Positions 19,959 through 28,962 of a stretch of 64,000 bases of DNA are shown piece after piece (positions within the stretch are counted from its first letter, which is position 1; every line of letters starts with the position of its first letter). Position numbers and translations under genes: made by a program. The notes under the pieces are model-generated. The model saw only the letters and a list, made by a program, of their open reading frames with translations, ran no database searches and was not told the DNA's origin. Source of the DNA: Candidatus Latescibacterota bacterium (GTDB lineage Bacteria > Latescibacterota > UBA2968 > UBA8231); assembly GCA_965261395.1 (NCBI GenBank), contig OZ253462.1, positions 4,096,001 through 4,160,000 of the forward strand. Reading direction: 5' to 3'.

Positions 19959-20945
19959 ATGGGGGTATGGGAGGCCGCGGGCCTGATGGTCCTATCCTTC
20001 GCGGCGTTGGCCAAATGTGCCGACTATCTGGTGGAGGGAGCCATTGATATTGCGCGCTACCTCCGCGCCCCGCCGATCTTGATCGGCATCGTCATCGTCG
20101 GCATCGGCACTACCGCGCCCGAATTGGCGGTCTCCGTGACCGCCGCCCTTGGGGACAAACCCGAAGTGGCGCTGGGCAATGCCGTGGGGTCGGTCATTTA
20201 CGACGATGGCTTGGCCCTGCCCATGGCCGCGCTTTTTGCCACCGGAGCCATTGCCATCGATCGCGTCGTGCTGCGCTCGGCGGCGATTTTTCTCATCACC
20301 GTAGATCTGGTGGCTTGGTACATGGCCTCCGACGGGACGCTGGCTCGGGTAGAAGGCGGCGCGTTAGTGGGCCTTTTCGTCTTATATCTAATCTACTCGT
20401 TCTGGGAGCAGAAGCGCCAGCCGCGTGCCGAGACCGACGAGGATGAGGTCCCCCCCCGCAGCCTCTGGATGGTAGCGGCGCTATTCGTCGTCGGTTTGGC
20501 TGGCGTGGTTGTCAGCAGCCACTTTATCGTCAAGGCGACCCCGGTAGTGGCGTTGGCGTTGGGTCTGCCAGATGTGGTCATCGGCTTGGTGGTCGTGGCC
20601 TTGGGCACTTCGATCCCCGAGATCGCCACCTGCATTGCCGCCGCCCGCAAGGGCCAAGGGGCTTTGGCAGTGGGCAACATCCTCGGGGCCGACATCCTCA
20701 ATATCTGCTGGATCGCCGGCGCCTCGGCCTTGGCCAATCCGCTGGTGGTTCCGGCCGATGTGGTCAATTTCATGTTCCCGTGGATGCTGGTTATCGTGCT
20801 GGCGATGCTCGGGTTGATGCGCTTTGGCCACGAGTTAAATCGCTGGAAGGGCTTGGCGTTGTTGGTGTTGTGCATTGCTTATTTGATCGCGCTTTTCGCG
20901 AATAACCCCGGTGCGTTGGCTCCGGGCATTGAAAAAGGAGTGTAG
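19959..20945 (+). CDS. Calcium/sodium antiporter (CaCA, YrbG-like)
   Basis: Two alpha repeats GTTAPEL...GNAVGS and GTSIPEI...GNILG; multiple TM helices. Confidence 0.88.
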   Translation: MGVWEAAGLMVLSFAALAKCADYLVEGAIDIARYLRAPPILIGIVIVGIGTTAPELAVSVTAALGDKPEVALGNAVGSVIYDDGLALPMAALFATGAIAIDRVVLRSAAIFLITVDLVAWYMASDGTLARVEGGALVGLFVLYLIYSFWEQKRQPRAETDEDEVPPRSLWMVAALFVVGLAGVVVSSHFIVKATPVVALALGLPDVVIGLVVVALGTSIPEIATCIAAARKGQGALAVGNILGADILNICWIAGASALANPLVVPADVVNFMFPWMLVIVLAMLGLMRFGHELNRWKGLALLVLCIAYLIALFANNPGALAPGIEKGV

Positions 20946-20946
20946 T

Positions 20947-21717
20947 TTGGATCTAGGACTCAAAGATAAAGTCGCCTTGGTTACTGGAGCTAGCCGCGGC
21001 ATTGGCAAGCGCATTGCCGCAGCCTTGGCCGCCGAAGGTGCCCGGCTCTGTATCTGCGCCCGAGGGGCCGACGTGCTAGAGGAAACGGCCGCCGACTTAG
21101 CAGGTCGCGGCGCGGAGGTGGAGGCCACCGCGCAAGATATGACGACGCCCGAGGGGGCAGTCGCGGTGGTGCAGGCGGCGCAGGAGCGCTTTGGCCGGCT
21201 CGACGTCCTCGTAAACAACGTTGGCGGCTCCAAGTGGACGCCCTTTGTCGAGATCGACGACGAGGAGTGGAATACGATCGTCAACTGGAGCTTTCTTTCT
21301 GCTGTGCGGGTGAGTCGTGCGGCCATTCCGGTGATGGAAGCGGGGGGGGGCGGCAGCATCGTCAATATCGCCTCGATTTTTGGGCGCGAGAGCGGCGGGC
21401 CGGTTTCTTATAACGCGGCTAAGGCGGCGATGATCAGCATGGGAGCCAACCTAGCCATTGAAGCGGCCAAAAAGAACATCCGCGTCAATACCGTGGCTCC
21501 GGGCTCCGTTCTCTTTCCCGGGGGGAGTTGGGAGCGGCGGATGAAGGAAAATCCAGCGCAAATCCAGGCCTTTATCGACGCCAATATACCCTTTGGCCGC
21601 TTTGGCACCCCGGAGGAGGTCGCCGATGTAGTGGCCTTCTTGGCGTCTGACCGGGCGCAATGGGTGACCGGTGCCTGCATCAATGTCGATGGGGGACAAT
21701 CCAAGTCCAATATATGA
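20947..21717 (+). CDS. SDR family oxidoreductase
   Basis: TGASRGIG, VNNVG, YNAAK, TGACINVDGG. Confidence 0.92.
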   Translation: MDLGLKDKVALVTGASRGIGKRIAAALAAEGARLCICARGADVLEETAADLAGRGAEVEATAQDMTTPEGAVAVVQAAQERFGRLDVLVNNVGGSKWTPFVEIDDEEWNTIVNWSFLSAVRVSRAAIPVMEAGGGGSIVNIASIFGRESGGPVSYNAAKAAMISMGANLAIEAAKKNIRVNTVAPGSVLFPGGSWERRMKENPAQIQAFIDANIPFGRFGTPEEVADVVAFLASDRAQWVTGACINVDGGQSKSNI

Positions 21718-21718
21718 T

Positions 21719-22933
21719 ATGAGCGGCTCTGCGCGATGGATGCATTGGTTGACTTGGGCCGCGTGCGGGGTCGGCTGGGCCGCGGCCGCCGCGGCCGATG
21801 ACGTGGTGGCACTCAGACAACAGTACAATCAGGTGTCCGCCAGCATCGACACCTTGGTCCGCCTCTATGGGGGGGATAAGCTGCGCGAATTGGCAAAGCG
21901 AAAAGAAAACAACCGGCTATTGCCGGCCAACTCCAAACTAGTACTGATTTTCTGGGCCGACGACGAAGCCGAGCTCTATCTCAATGGGCACCGGATCGGG
22001 GAGACGCGCTTGACCCCGACTCGAGTCGAAATCCCCGTCGTGTACCTACGGGAGTCCAATGTCCTGCGCGCCCATTGCTGGGACACCGACCGAGTCGAGA
22101 GCGGCTTTATGGCCGGTTTGTACCTGCAAGATGGTCGTGGCCGCTTGCGCAAGGTGCTGGCTACCGGCGACGGCCGCTGGTGGGTGGCCGGCCAGCGGGC
22201 CGAGCCGCGTTTTTACAACCACAGCCTGCCCGACATTCCCGGGGCCGAGGTCATCTGGGGGACGGCGCTTTTTGGTGAGGTCGAATTAGAGGCCCGCTTT
22301 GACGCCGCGCAATTGGCCCGAGCTGCGCGCCGCCGCCCGCTCTCCGGCGAGGCCGGTGCTACGCGACACCAGCCCCAGCCTATGGAGACGCATATGGTCG
22401 TCAGCCGTCTGGTGCATCTGCAAAAGCAACGCGATGAATTGGCGCAAAAACTTCAAGCTCGCCGCAGCGCGACACAGGACGTGCTTTATCAGGGGTTTGT
22501 CCGTGGGCGGCTGGCTTTTTCTCTCGGGAAAGCGAGTAGATTGGCCGAAGTCGAAAGCATAGACACGGCGCAAAAACTGCTCGCTTGGACCGAGGAACTG
22601 CCCGCCGCGCAACGCGAGTTGGTTTTCCCGAAAAAACAGGCTCTCAAGGGTGCGAGCCACGTCGTGCCGCAGCGCGCCTTGACCGGTGCAGCGAGTGGGG
22701 AAGCAGACCGCCGCCGAGACTACGCGCCCCCGGCCGTAAGCGGCTCAGCCAAAGGTGAGGGCCGCTCTACGGGATCGGGGGGGGTGGGTGTACAGGAATC
22801 GTCCGCTCGGGGTATCCGCGTCGGCCTCAGCGCGCCGTGGGAACTATGGGGGATTGCGGCCGGCTTGCTGTTCTATCTGGGGGTGGTAAGTCGGCAGTGG
22901 TGGAAGCTCTTCAGCGCGAAGGAATGGACCTAG
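21719..22933 (+). CDS. Hypothetical exported protein with jelly-roll-like domain, coiled coil and C-terminal TM helix
   Basis: Ala-rich signal, ADDEAELYLNG, hydrophobic C-terminal helix; directly follows the SDR gene. Confidence 0.65.
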   Translation: MSGSARWMHWLTWAACGVGWAAAAAADDVVALRQQYNQVSASIDTLVRLYGGDKLRELAKRKENNRLLPANSKLVLIFWADDEAELYLNGHRIGETRLTPTRVEIPVVYLRESNVLRAHCWDTDRVESGFMAGLYLQDGRGRLRKVLATGDGRWWVAGQRAEPRFYNHSLPDIPGAEVIWGTALFGEVELEARFDAAQLARAARRRPLSGEAGATRHQPQPMETHMVVSRLVHLQKQRDELAQKLQARRSATQDVLYQGFVRGRLAFSLGKASRLAEVESIDTAQKLLAWTEELPAAQRELVFPKKQALKGASHVVPQRALTGAASGEADRRRDYAPPAVSGSAKGEGRSTGSGGVGVQESSARGIRVGLSAPWELWGIAAGLLFYLGVVSRQWWKLFSAKEWT

Positions 22934-22936
22934 GGA

Positions 22937-23722
22937 ATGGGCCTTTTGAACGACGAATTAGTATTAGTCAGCAGCATCCTGTTGGTGCTGGCTGGTGGAA
23001 TCAGCGTTAGCTGCTTGCATTTGCGACGAGCCCGGCGCATGCGCCGGCACGACGCAACGTACTCTCTGTACTCGCCTCGCTTGCAGCTCATCGGCAGCGG
23101 CATGGGCGCGCTGACCGGGTTTACCGTCGGGGCGCTGGTTGCTTATTACCTATTTATCAATCCGCAGCCGGCCAGTGTCTTTGCGTGGATTGGCCGCTTC
23201 TCATACGTGCTGATCGCTTGGGCGGCTGGCGGCCATCTGTTGAGCTTGGCATACATTAATTTGCATCTTCGTCGCGAGGAACGGGCTTGGAATCGGGGAG
23301 GAGGTCCCGGCCCTAATACCTTGGGCCGCAGGAGAATGGAGAATCTAGCAGAGTTGCAGCGTCAACCCGGCAACTACAGTGACCGCAAGAGCAGGGACGA
23401 GGAGTTGGTGGACGAACTTGTGGGCTTTATCGGCGACCCTTTGACGCACGTGCGCCGCGATCTGGCTAGGATTCCCCTATACGGCTACTTGGGCACGGTC
23501 TGTGGCATTCTGTTGACCGCGCAGGAATTGAGTCAGATCGACGAGGCGACCCAGACCTTTAAGGCACTCAGCGCCATGGCCGAGGGCTTAGTTTTGGCCT
23601 TTAAGACCACGCTCGTCGGCCTTTTGGCCTACTTGCCGCTGCGCAAGATCGCCGATTACTTGGTTCAGCGGCTCGCCCGGCAGGAGGACGCTTGGGTCCG
23701 AGAGAGGAATAGAAGATTGTGA
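22937..23722 (+). CDS. MotA/TolQ/ExbB proton-channel family protein
   Basis: IPLYGYLGTVCG...EGLVLAFKTTLVGL; additional N-terminal TM helices. Confidence 0.75.
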   Translation: MGLLNDELVLVSSILLVLAGGISVSCLHLRRARRMRRHDATYSLYSPRLQLIGSGMGALTGFTVGALVAYYLFINPQPASVFAWIGRFSYVLIAWAAGGHLLSLAYINLHLRREERAWNRGGGPGPNTLGRRRMENLAELQRQPGNYSDRKSRDEELVDELVGFIGDPLTHVRRDLARIPLYGYLGTVCGILLTAQELSQIDEATQTFKALSAMAEGLVLAFKTTLVGLLAYLPLRKIADYLVQRLARQEDAWVRERNRRL

Positions 23723-24138
23723 GCCGCTATCTCAAGCGCCAAGCCGCCGAGTTCGAAGAACACGATATTAGCAAGGAACTCTTCTTGGGGATTATGATGC
23801 TGATGCTGAGCTTGGGTATTATGATTCTCAACGTGACGCAACCGGTCTGGCGGGTACATCGCCACGACCCACAGCATGGGGATCGGGTCGTGCTATACAC
23901 GAGCGCGGGCATGGGGCTGTCGCGCGATGGCTACACCATCTCCAACCCCTTGAGCGAATGGGAGTTCCGCCGGATGGTGCGCCGCCTCGCCGCCGAACCC
24001 GAAGCCAACTTGCACTTATTTCTCAAAGGAGGCAGTCGCGAGCGGCTGGCCAAACACGCGTCGTTTGCCGATTCGCTGCTTTCGACCGACCAAGCCGGAG
24101 AAAAGGTGCGCTCGGCGGTCTATGTCCACACTTGGTGA
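23719..24138 (+). CDS. Single-TM hypothetical protein, ExbD/TolR-like position and topology
   Basis: GTGA overlap with the MotA-like gene; N-terminal TM helix followed by ~100-aa soluble domain. Confidence 0.6.
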   Translation: MSRYLKRQAAEFEEHDISKELFLGIMMLMLSLGIMILNVTQPVWRVHRHDPQHGDRVVLYTSAGMGLSRDGYTISNPLSEWEFRRMVRRLAAEPEANLHLFLKGGSRERLAKHASFADSLLSTDQAGEKVRSAVYVHTW

Positions 24139-24146
24139 GGGCCAAG

Positions 24147-24965
24147 CTATTCCTTGAGTATCGCCAAGACGCCCGTGCCACCGGCCAACTCGTTGAGGAA
24201 TGTGACCTGCACTCCAGCTTCGCCGCTCTTCATCTCGTAGTCCTCTCCCTTCCTAAGCTTGCCGTAGTGATCAACGAGGGCCTCGACCTCGCCTGCTAGC
24301 GCGATGGTTTGGCCGATGGGCGCGACTTGGATGCCCGGGCTGTCGCGGCGGATCTGTTTAGCCAACTCGTATTGCTTGCGGAACCCGCTGCCAAAGGGCC
24401 GGTGGGTTTTGAGATAGCCCTGCTCTATGAGCTTCATCTCGTTGGCAGCATAGAGGTACACTGCGTTTTGCGCTGCGGCTTGGGCCTCGTCTAGTTCGGC
24501 CTTGGTCTGGGCCAACTCGTGCTCCAAGCGGCGGATGTGATCGCTCTGGCGGCGGATGCTGCTATGGGTTTCCAGCAGTTCGCCATTGAGGCGGTCGGTC
24601 TCGGCGCGCAACTGGGAAATGGTGTAGCGATCCGCTTGCTTTTCCCTACTTAACTGCTCGATTTCGAGCTTTAACCGCGCATTGCTCTGCTTGTATTCGG
24701 TGGCCAATTTACTCCAGTGCCGCAGTTTTTTATTGAGCTTTTGCACATTTTCGAGCAGCTTGTCGTTGACCTGTTGGGTGCTGTCCACTTGCGCCCGCAT
24801 GTCGTCGAGCAAGCGGTTGGAGTCGTCGAGCGAGTAGGTCAGCGAGTCAATGGCGGCGTTGGCCCGGCCTACGTCGCTTTGCAATTGAAGGAGGAGCATC
24901 TCCTGCTCCTTATTGGTGCAAGAGGCGAGAACCAAGACGATAAAAGGGATGAGGGTGAGTTTCAT
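24147..24965 (-). CDS. Coiled-coil lipoprotein, hypothetical
   Basis: Lipobox LASC; long heptad-rich helical region; AAGGAG SD. Confidence 0.75.
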   Translation of the reverse strand: MKLTLIPFIVLVLASCTNKEQEMLLLQLQSDVGRANAAIDSLTYSLDDSNRLLDDMRAQVDSTQQVNDKLLENVQKLNKKLRHWSKLATEYKQSNARLKLEIEQLSREKQADRYTISQLRAETDRLNGELLETHSSIRRQSDHIRRLEHELAQTKAELDEAQAAAQNAVYLYAANEMKLIEQGYLKTHRPFGSGFRKQYELAKQIRRDSPGIQVAPIGQTIALAGEVEALVDHYGKLRKGEDYEMKSGEAGVQVTFLNELAGGTGVLAILKE

Positions 24966-24975
24966 TGTTGGCTCC

Positions 24976-25758
24976 TTAAGGCGTTGGGACAGTACTCATT
25001 GGGGATATTTCCTTGTATAGGCTATCAACTTGTGCCATGGTTTGCTTAAAGTCGTTGGACAGGGCTCTCAGGCTGCGGGCGAGTGCGTCGAGTTTTTGGG
25101 CCGAGAGCGTTTGAGTCTCGCGGGCGGCGGCGATTTTGTCTATGATCGCCTGCTGATTGCGCTGCAAGGTTGCGGTTTGCTCTTGCAGGCGGGTCAACTC
25201 CCTGTTGAGGGGGCCGAACTGCGCCTGCACGCTCGCCAAGGAGCGCTTGTGGGTCTCGGCGAGATTCTGGTAGCGCAGGTCTTCCTGCCCGAAGCGTTCT
25301 TCGAGCTTGCGATCCATGTCGGATTGGTAGCTCAGCCTTGCCTTGCGCTCGGCGTCCGTTTTGTTTTGCAGCGCGTTGTTGTGATCGATTTGGGTCGCTA
25401 GTTGGTTGCGGGTGCGCGTGTGGTGATCTTTTTCGTTTTGTAGGAGGGAGCGGATCTCGAATTCAGAGGCGGTTAGATCGGCTTTTTCCTCTAGCTGGCC
25501 AATGAGCCGGGTGCTCAGCTCGGAGAGGCGATTGGAAAACTCCTCCATTTGCGCCTCTAGCTGATAGCGGTGCTCCTTTTGCCGCTCGTGATTGATAAAG
25601 AGCACCAAGCCCATGACACAGCCAACGACGATGGTGGTGTACGCGGCGAGGATCAGCACGTGTTTGCGCTTGAAGGGGTCCGCGATTCGGAGCAGGCCAA
25701 AAAACCCGCCCCAAACCAAGAGGACGCCTCCTAAAACTGCAGCGATGATGACGTTCAC
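24976..25758 (-). CDS. Membrane-anchored coiled-coil protein, hypothetical
   Basis: Two N-terminal TM helices followed by E/Q/L/K-rich heptads. Confidence 0.72.
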   Translation of the reverse strand: MNVIIAAVLGGVLLVWGGFFGLLRIADPFKRKHVLILAAYTTIVVGCVMGLVLFINHERQKEHRYQLEAQMEEFSNRLSELSTRLIGQLEEKADLTASEFEIRSLLQNEKDHHTRTRNQLATQIDHNNALQNKTDAERKARLSYQSDMDRKLEERFGQEDLRYQNLAETHKRSLASVQAQFGPLNRELTRLQEQTATLQRNQQAIIDKIAAARETQTLSAQKLDALARSLRALSNDFKQTMAQVDSLYKEISPMSTVPTP

Positions 25759-25856
25759 AGGGCCTCAAATTGCGCGATAGACAAATTAAAGAATAGTAAA
25801 TATAAGTATATAAGTAATATAGCAGTCCACGGAGGCGCAACCAGCACGGGAAGGAG

Positions 25857-26912
25857 ATGCTTATGCAGCGGAAAGTTGCAGCTATTGACGGTCGCGGTCA
25901 GGGGGTATGCCTAGAGGAAGCCATGCCTCCACTCGGGCCCGGCGAGGTAAAGGTGCGAGTGGAGGCCTCGTTGATCAGTCCGGGGACCGAGTTGGGAAGG
26001 GTTGGGGCGATGCGTGCAAACCCCCAACCCCACAAAGCACCGCGTCCCTTTGGTTACACCAACGCTGGCGTTGTCGAGGAGGTTGGGGCCGAGGTAGAGC
26101 AATTCGAGGTGGGGCAGGGCGTGGCCTGCATGGGGGGTGGGTATGCCCTGCATGCCGATTGGGCCTGTGTGCCGCAGAACATGTGCGCGGCCATACCCGA
26201 GGGCGTTGGCTTTGCTGAGGCCGCGTCTGTGCATCTGGCGGCGACCGGGTTACACGCAGTGCGCCGCACAGTTCCTTTGTATGGGGAAAATGGGGTCGTC
26301 GTTGGGTTGGGTTTGGTCGGCCAGTTGACGGCCCAATTCGCCCAGCTAAGCGGCTGCCACGTCTTGGGGGTTGATCGCTTTGTGCGCCGTCGAGACATTG
26401 CCCAGCAGGTAGGCATCGAGTGCGTCGTCGATCCGACCGTGCAAGATGTGATCGAGCAGGCCGGGAAATTCACCCGAGGATATGGCATGGATTTCGGCGT
26501 TATTGCCTTTGGCGGCGAGGCTAGCGATGCCTTTGCCACCATCTATCAGAGCCTAAAGCAAGCGCCAGATACGCATCGCATGGGGCGCATTGTCCTCGTG
26601 GGCGGAGCGCAGGTAACGCACGGATTTGGATCCGCGCTGGGCAACGTAGATGTGCGGAGTGCGGCACGCACCGGTCCCGGCTATCACGACCCAGCGTACG
26701 AGCGCGGCCAAGCGTATCCCCAGGTCTTCGTCGAGTGGCCGACGCAGCGCAACCTAGCCGAGTGCCTGCGCGCCATGGCCACCGGGAAGTTGCGCGTCCA
26801 ACCGCTCTATACCCACGAGTTTGCGCTCGAGGAAATCGCCGCGGCCGTAGATGTGCTCGTCGAGTCACCGGCCGAGGCGCTAGGAGTAGTGCTCAAACCG
26901 GCTCACCGGTGA
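25857..26912 (+). CDS. MDR / zinc-binding-type alcohol dehydrogenase family
   Basis: SLISPGTE, GYTNAG, VVGLGLVGQ. Confidence 0.87.
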   Translation: MLMQRKVAAIDGRGQGVCLEEAMPPLGPGEVKVRVEASLISPGTELGRVGAMRANPQPHKAPRPFGYTNAGVVEEVGAEVEQFEVGQGVACMGGGYALHADWACVPQNMCAAIPEGVGFAEAASVHLAATGLHAVRRTVPLYGENGVVVGLGLVGQLTAQFAQLSGCHVLGVDRFVRRRDIAQQVGIECVVDPTVQDVIEQAGKFTRGYGMDFGVIAFGGEASDAFATIYQSLKQAPDTHRMGRIVLVGGAQVTHGFGSALGNVDVRSAARTGPGYHDPAYERGQAYPQVFVEWPTQRNLAECLRAMATGKLRVQPLYTHEFALEEIAAAVDVLVESPAEALGVVLKPAHR

Positions 26913-27636
26913 CGAGGTTGCGCTTGCCCTCTGGAGAGAAGGTCACCGGCGGCAGGTCAATCTCCTCGCCGGTGATCATTTGCTCCAGCAGAGCGGTGAC
27001 CCCGTCCACGGCTGGCCCCACTAGGGCTTCGCCCTTGGCGCGCGTGCCCAAGGCGGCGGCCGGGTTGTCGATGGCTCCGGTCTGCACGCGCTCCGGCGCT
27101 AAATAGAGCATGGTCGAGGTCTCGAATTCGTCGGCGTGTCCAGGTAGGCGTCCCCGCTCCATGTGTTGCTGCACGTAGTCGGGGTCATATACGTCCCAAT
27201 AGGACTGGAAGCGGAGATTGACGCCGAGTTTGTCCCGGTATTCGTCGATGCGGCGCATCATGGGTTTGACGTTGCCGCCGTGGCCGTTGAGCACCAAGAT
27301 GTTCTCAAGACCAGCCCGCACGAGCGAATGGCAGACGTCGAAGACGTATTCGCAGAAAATTTCCGGCCGTACGGTCAGGGTGCCGATGTGCTCCATCCAG
27401 TGCTCGGAAACGCCGATACCCACTGGTGTGGCCACCACCACTTGGGGCAGGAGCTTTTTGGCCGCGTGCTCGGCCATATAGCTGGCGTGGAAGGTGTCGT
27501 GGATCATGTGCAGGTGTTCGTTGTGCTGTTCGGTGGCGGCCGTGGGCACGATGGCGGCCTTGATTGTACCCGCTTGGATGCGCTCGCGGAATTCCTTGCG
27601 GGTCAGGTCGCCAATAAAGACGCGTTCGTCGGCCAT
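26893..27636 (-). CDS. Creatininase family protein
   Basis: EQHNEHL, GVSEHW, NGHGGN, HADEFETS; AAGGAG SD before ATG 27636. Confidence 0.9.
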   Translation of the reverse strand: MADERVFIGDLTRKEFRERIQAGTIKAAIVPTAATEQHNEHLHMIHDTFHASYMAEHAAKKLLPQVVVATPVGIGVSEHWMEHIGTLTVRPEIFCEYVFDVCHSLVRAGLENILVLNGHGGNVKPMMRRIDEYRDKLGVNLRFQSYWDVYDPDYVQQHMERGRLPGHADEFETSTMLYLAPERVQTGAIDNPAAALGTRAKGEALVGPAVDGVTALLEQMITGEEIDLPPVTFSPEGKRNLVTGEPV

Positions 27637-27682
27637 GATTGTGCTCCTTGTCAATGGGATAGGGATAGGGATAGGGGCCGGT

Positions 27683-27711
27683 AGCTTAACGGCTGTCCAA
27701 CCGTGCGTCAA
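27683..27711 (-). promoter_or_regulatory. Sigma-70 promoter of the creatininase gene
   Basis: TTGACG-17 bp-TAAGCT. Confidence 0.6.
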
Positions 27712-27823
27712 GTGGCTGGACGCACGGTTGACCGGGAGGGGAAAGCACACTTGAATTCACTGCATCAACAAGGGGGCTGTCATCGCCAATCCTTTCGCAG
27801 AGTGGAATAAAAATTTTGCGCTC

Positions 27824-28936
27824 TTGGCCGTGGCCGTGGCCGGGACGGGGGTGTTCTTCGGGGTGCAGTTGACTCTGTTCAACAACTTCATCGTCGAGCG
27901 GCTAGGTATCGAGCCACACGAATTGGGCTACGTCGAGGCCCTGCGCGAAGTCCCCGGTTTTCTCAACGCGTTCTTTCTGGCCCTGATCGTCCGCTGCGCC
28001 CCGCCGAAAATCGCCGCCGTTTCGCTGGTGGTGATGGGCATTGGGCTTGCCGCGTACTCGGAGGTGTCCTCGGTCTTCATGTTGGCCTCGTTCTCACTGG
28101 TGTGGAGCTTGGGCTTTCACTGCTGGCTCCCGCTAGAGCAGAGCATGGGCTTGACCTATAGCCCAAGCGCGGACAAGGGCCGCTGGCTGGGGCAATTGCG
28201 CAGCATTAGTAGCTTGGCTTGGCTGGTGGCGATTGGCGTGTGCATGGTGGGGTTGGATTTTTTGCGTTACGAGGGGGTCTTTGTCCTAGCCGGGGTGTGT
28301 ACGGCCGCGGGTGGCTTGGCCCTGTTTTGGGTCGATAACAAGGCCGCGCCCGCAGGTGAGAAGCGCTTGGTGCTCAAGCGGCGCTATCTGCTCTTCTACG
28401 CCCTGAATTTCCTCCAGGGCCTGCGCAAGCAGATGTTTATAACCTTCGCCATTTTCGCCCTCGTGAAAGTACACGAGATGCCGGTGGAGACGACCATGGT
28501 CTTAGTGATGATCAACCAAGTGCTCATCACCTTGACGGCTTCGTGGTTGGGCCGTTTGGTTGATCGCTTTGGCGAGCGGCGGATGCTCACTCTAAGTTAT
28601 AGCGTGTTGGTCTTCGTCTTTTTGGGCTACGCGATCGTGGAGCATCGGCCGAGTCTATACGCGCTCTATTGCCTCGACAATCTCATTTTCTTCGGCGGGA
28701 TCGCGCTGACGACCTACGCGCACAAGATTGCGCCCCCAGACGAACTCAAACCCACCCTCTCGATGGGGGTGACCATGAACCACGTGGCATCCGTGGCTGC
28801 GCCCCTAGTGGGCGGCTACGTCTGGCTCTTTTTTGGCTACGAGATCATTTTTATCAGCGGCGCGCTCTTGGCCTTTGTCTCGCTGATAGTAACCCAGTGG
28901 CTCGATCCAGCAAAGCAGGGTCGCATACCCATTTAA
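27824..28936 (+). CDS. MFS transporter (start may be a non-canonical ATC at 27782)
   Basis: About 12 TM helices; GRLVDRFGERR motif. Confidence 0.88.
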   Translation: MAVAVAGTGVFFGVQLTLFNNFIVERLGIEPHELGYVEALREVPGFLNAFFLALIVRCAPPKIAAVSLVVMGIGLAAYSEVSSVFMLASFSLVWSLGFHCWLPLEQSMGLTYSPSADKGRWLGQLRSISSLAWLVAIGVCMVGLDFLRYEGVFVLAGVCTAAGGLALFWVDNKAAPAGEKRLVLKRRYLLFYALNFLQGLRKQMFITFAIFALVKVHEMPVETTMVLVMINQVLITLTASWLGRLVDRFGERRMLTLSYSVLVFVFLGYAIVEHRPSLYALYCLDNLIFFGGIALTTYAHKIAPPDELKPTLSMGVTMNHVASVAAPLVGGYVWLFFGYEIIFISGALLAFVSLIVTQWLDPAKQGRIPI

Positions 28937-28962
28937 TCCAATTCAATAGAAGGGAACATACC

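Noticed and set aside
22937-24138. Zorya ZorAB or flagellar MotAB
   Set aside because: No long ZorA tail, no OmpA-like domain in the B subunit, and no effector or flagellar genes nearby.
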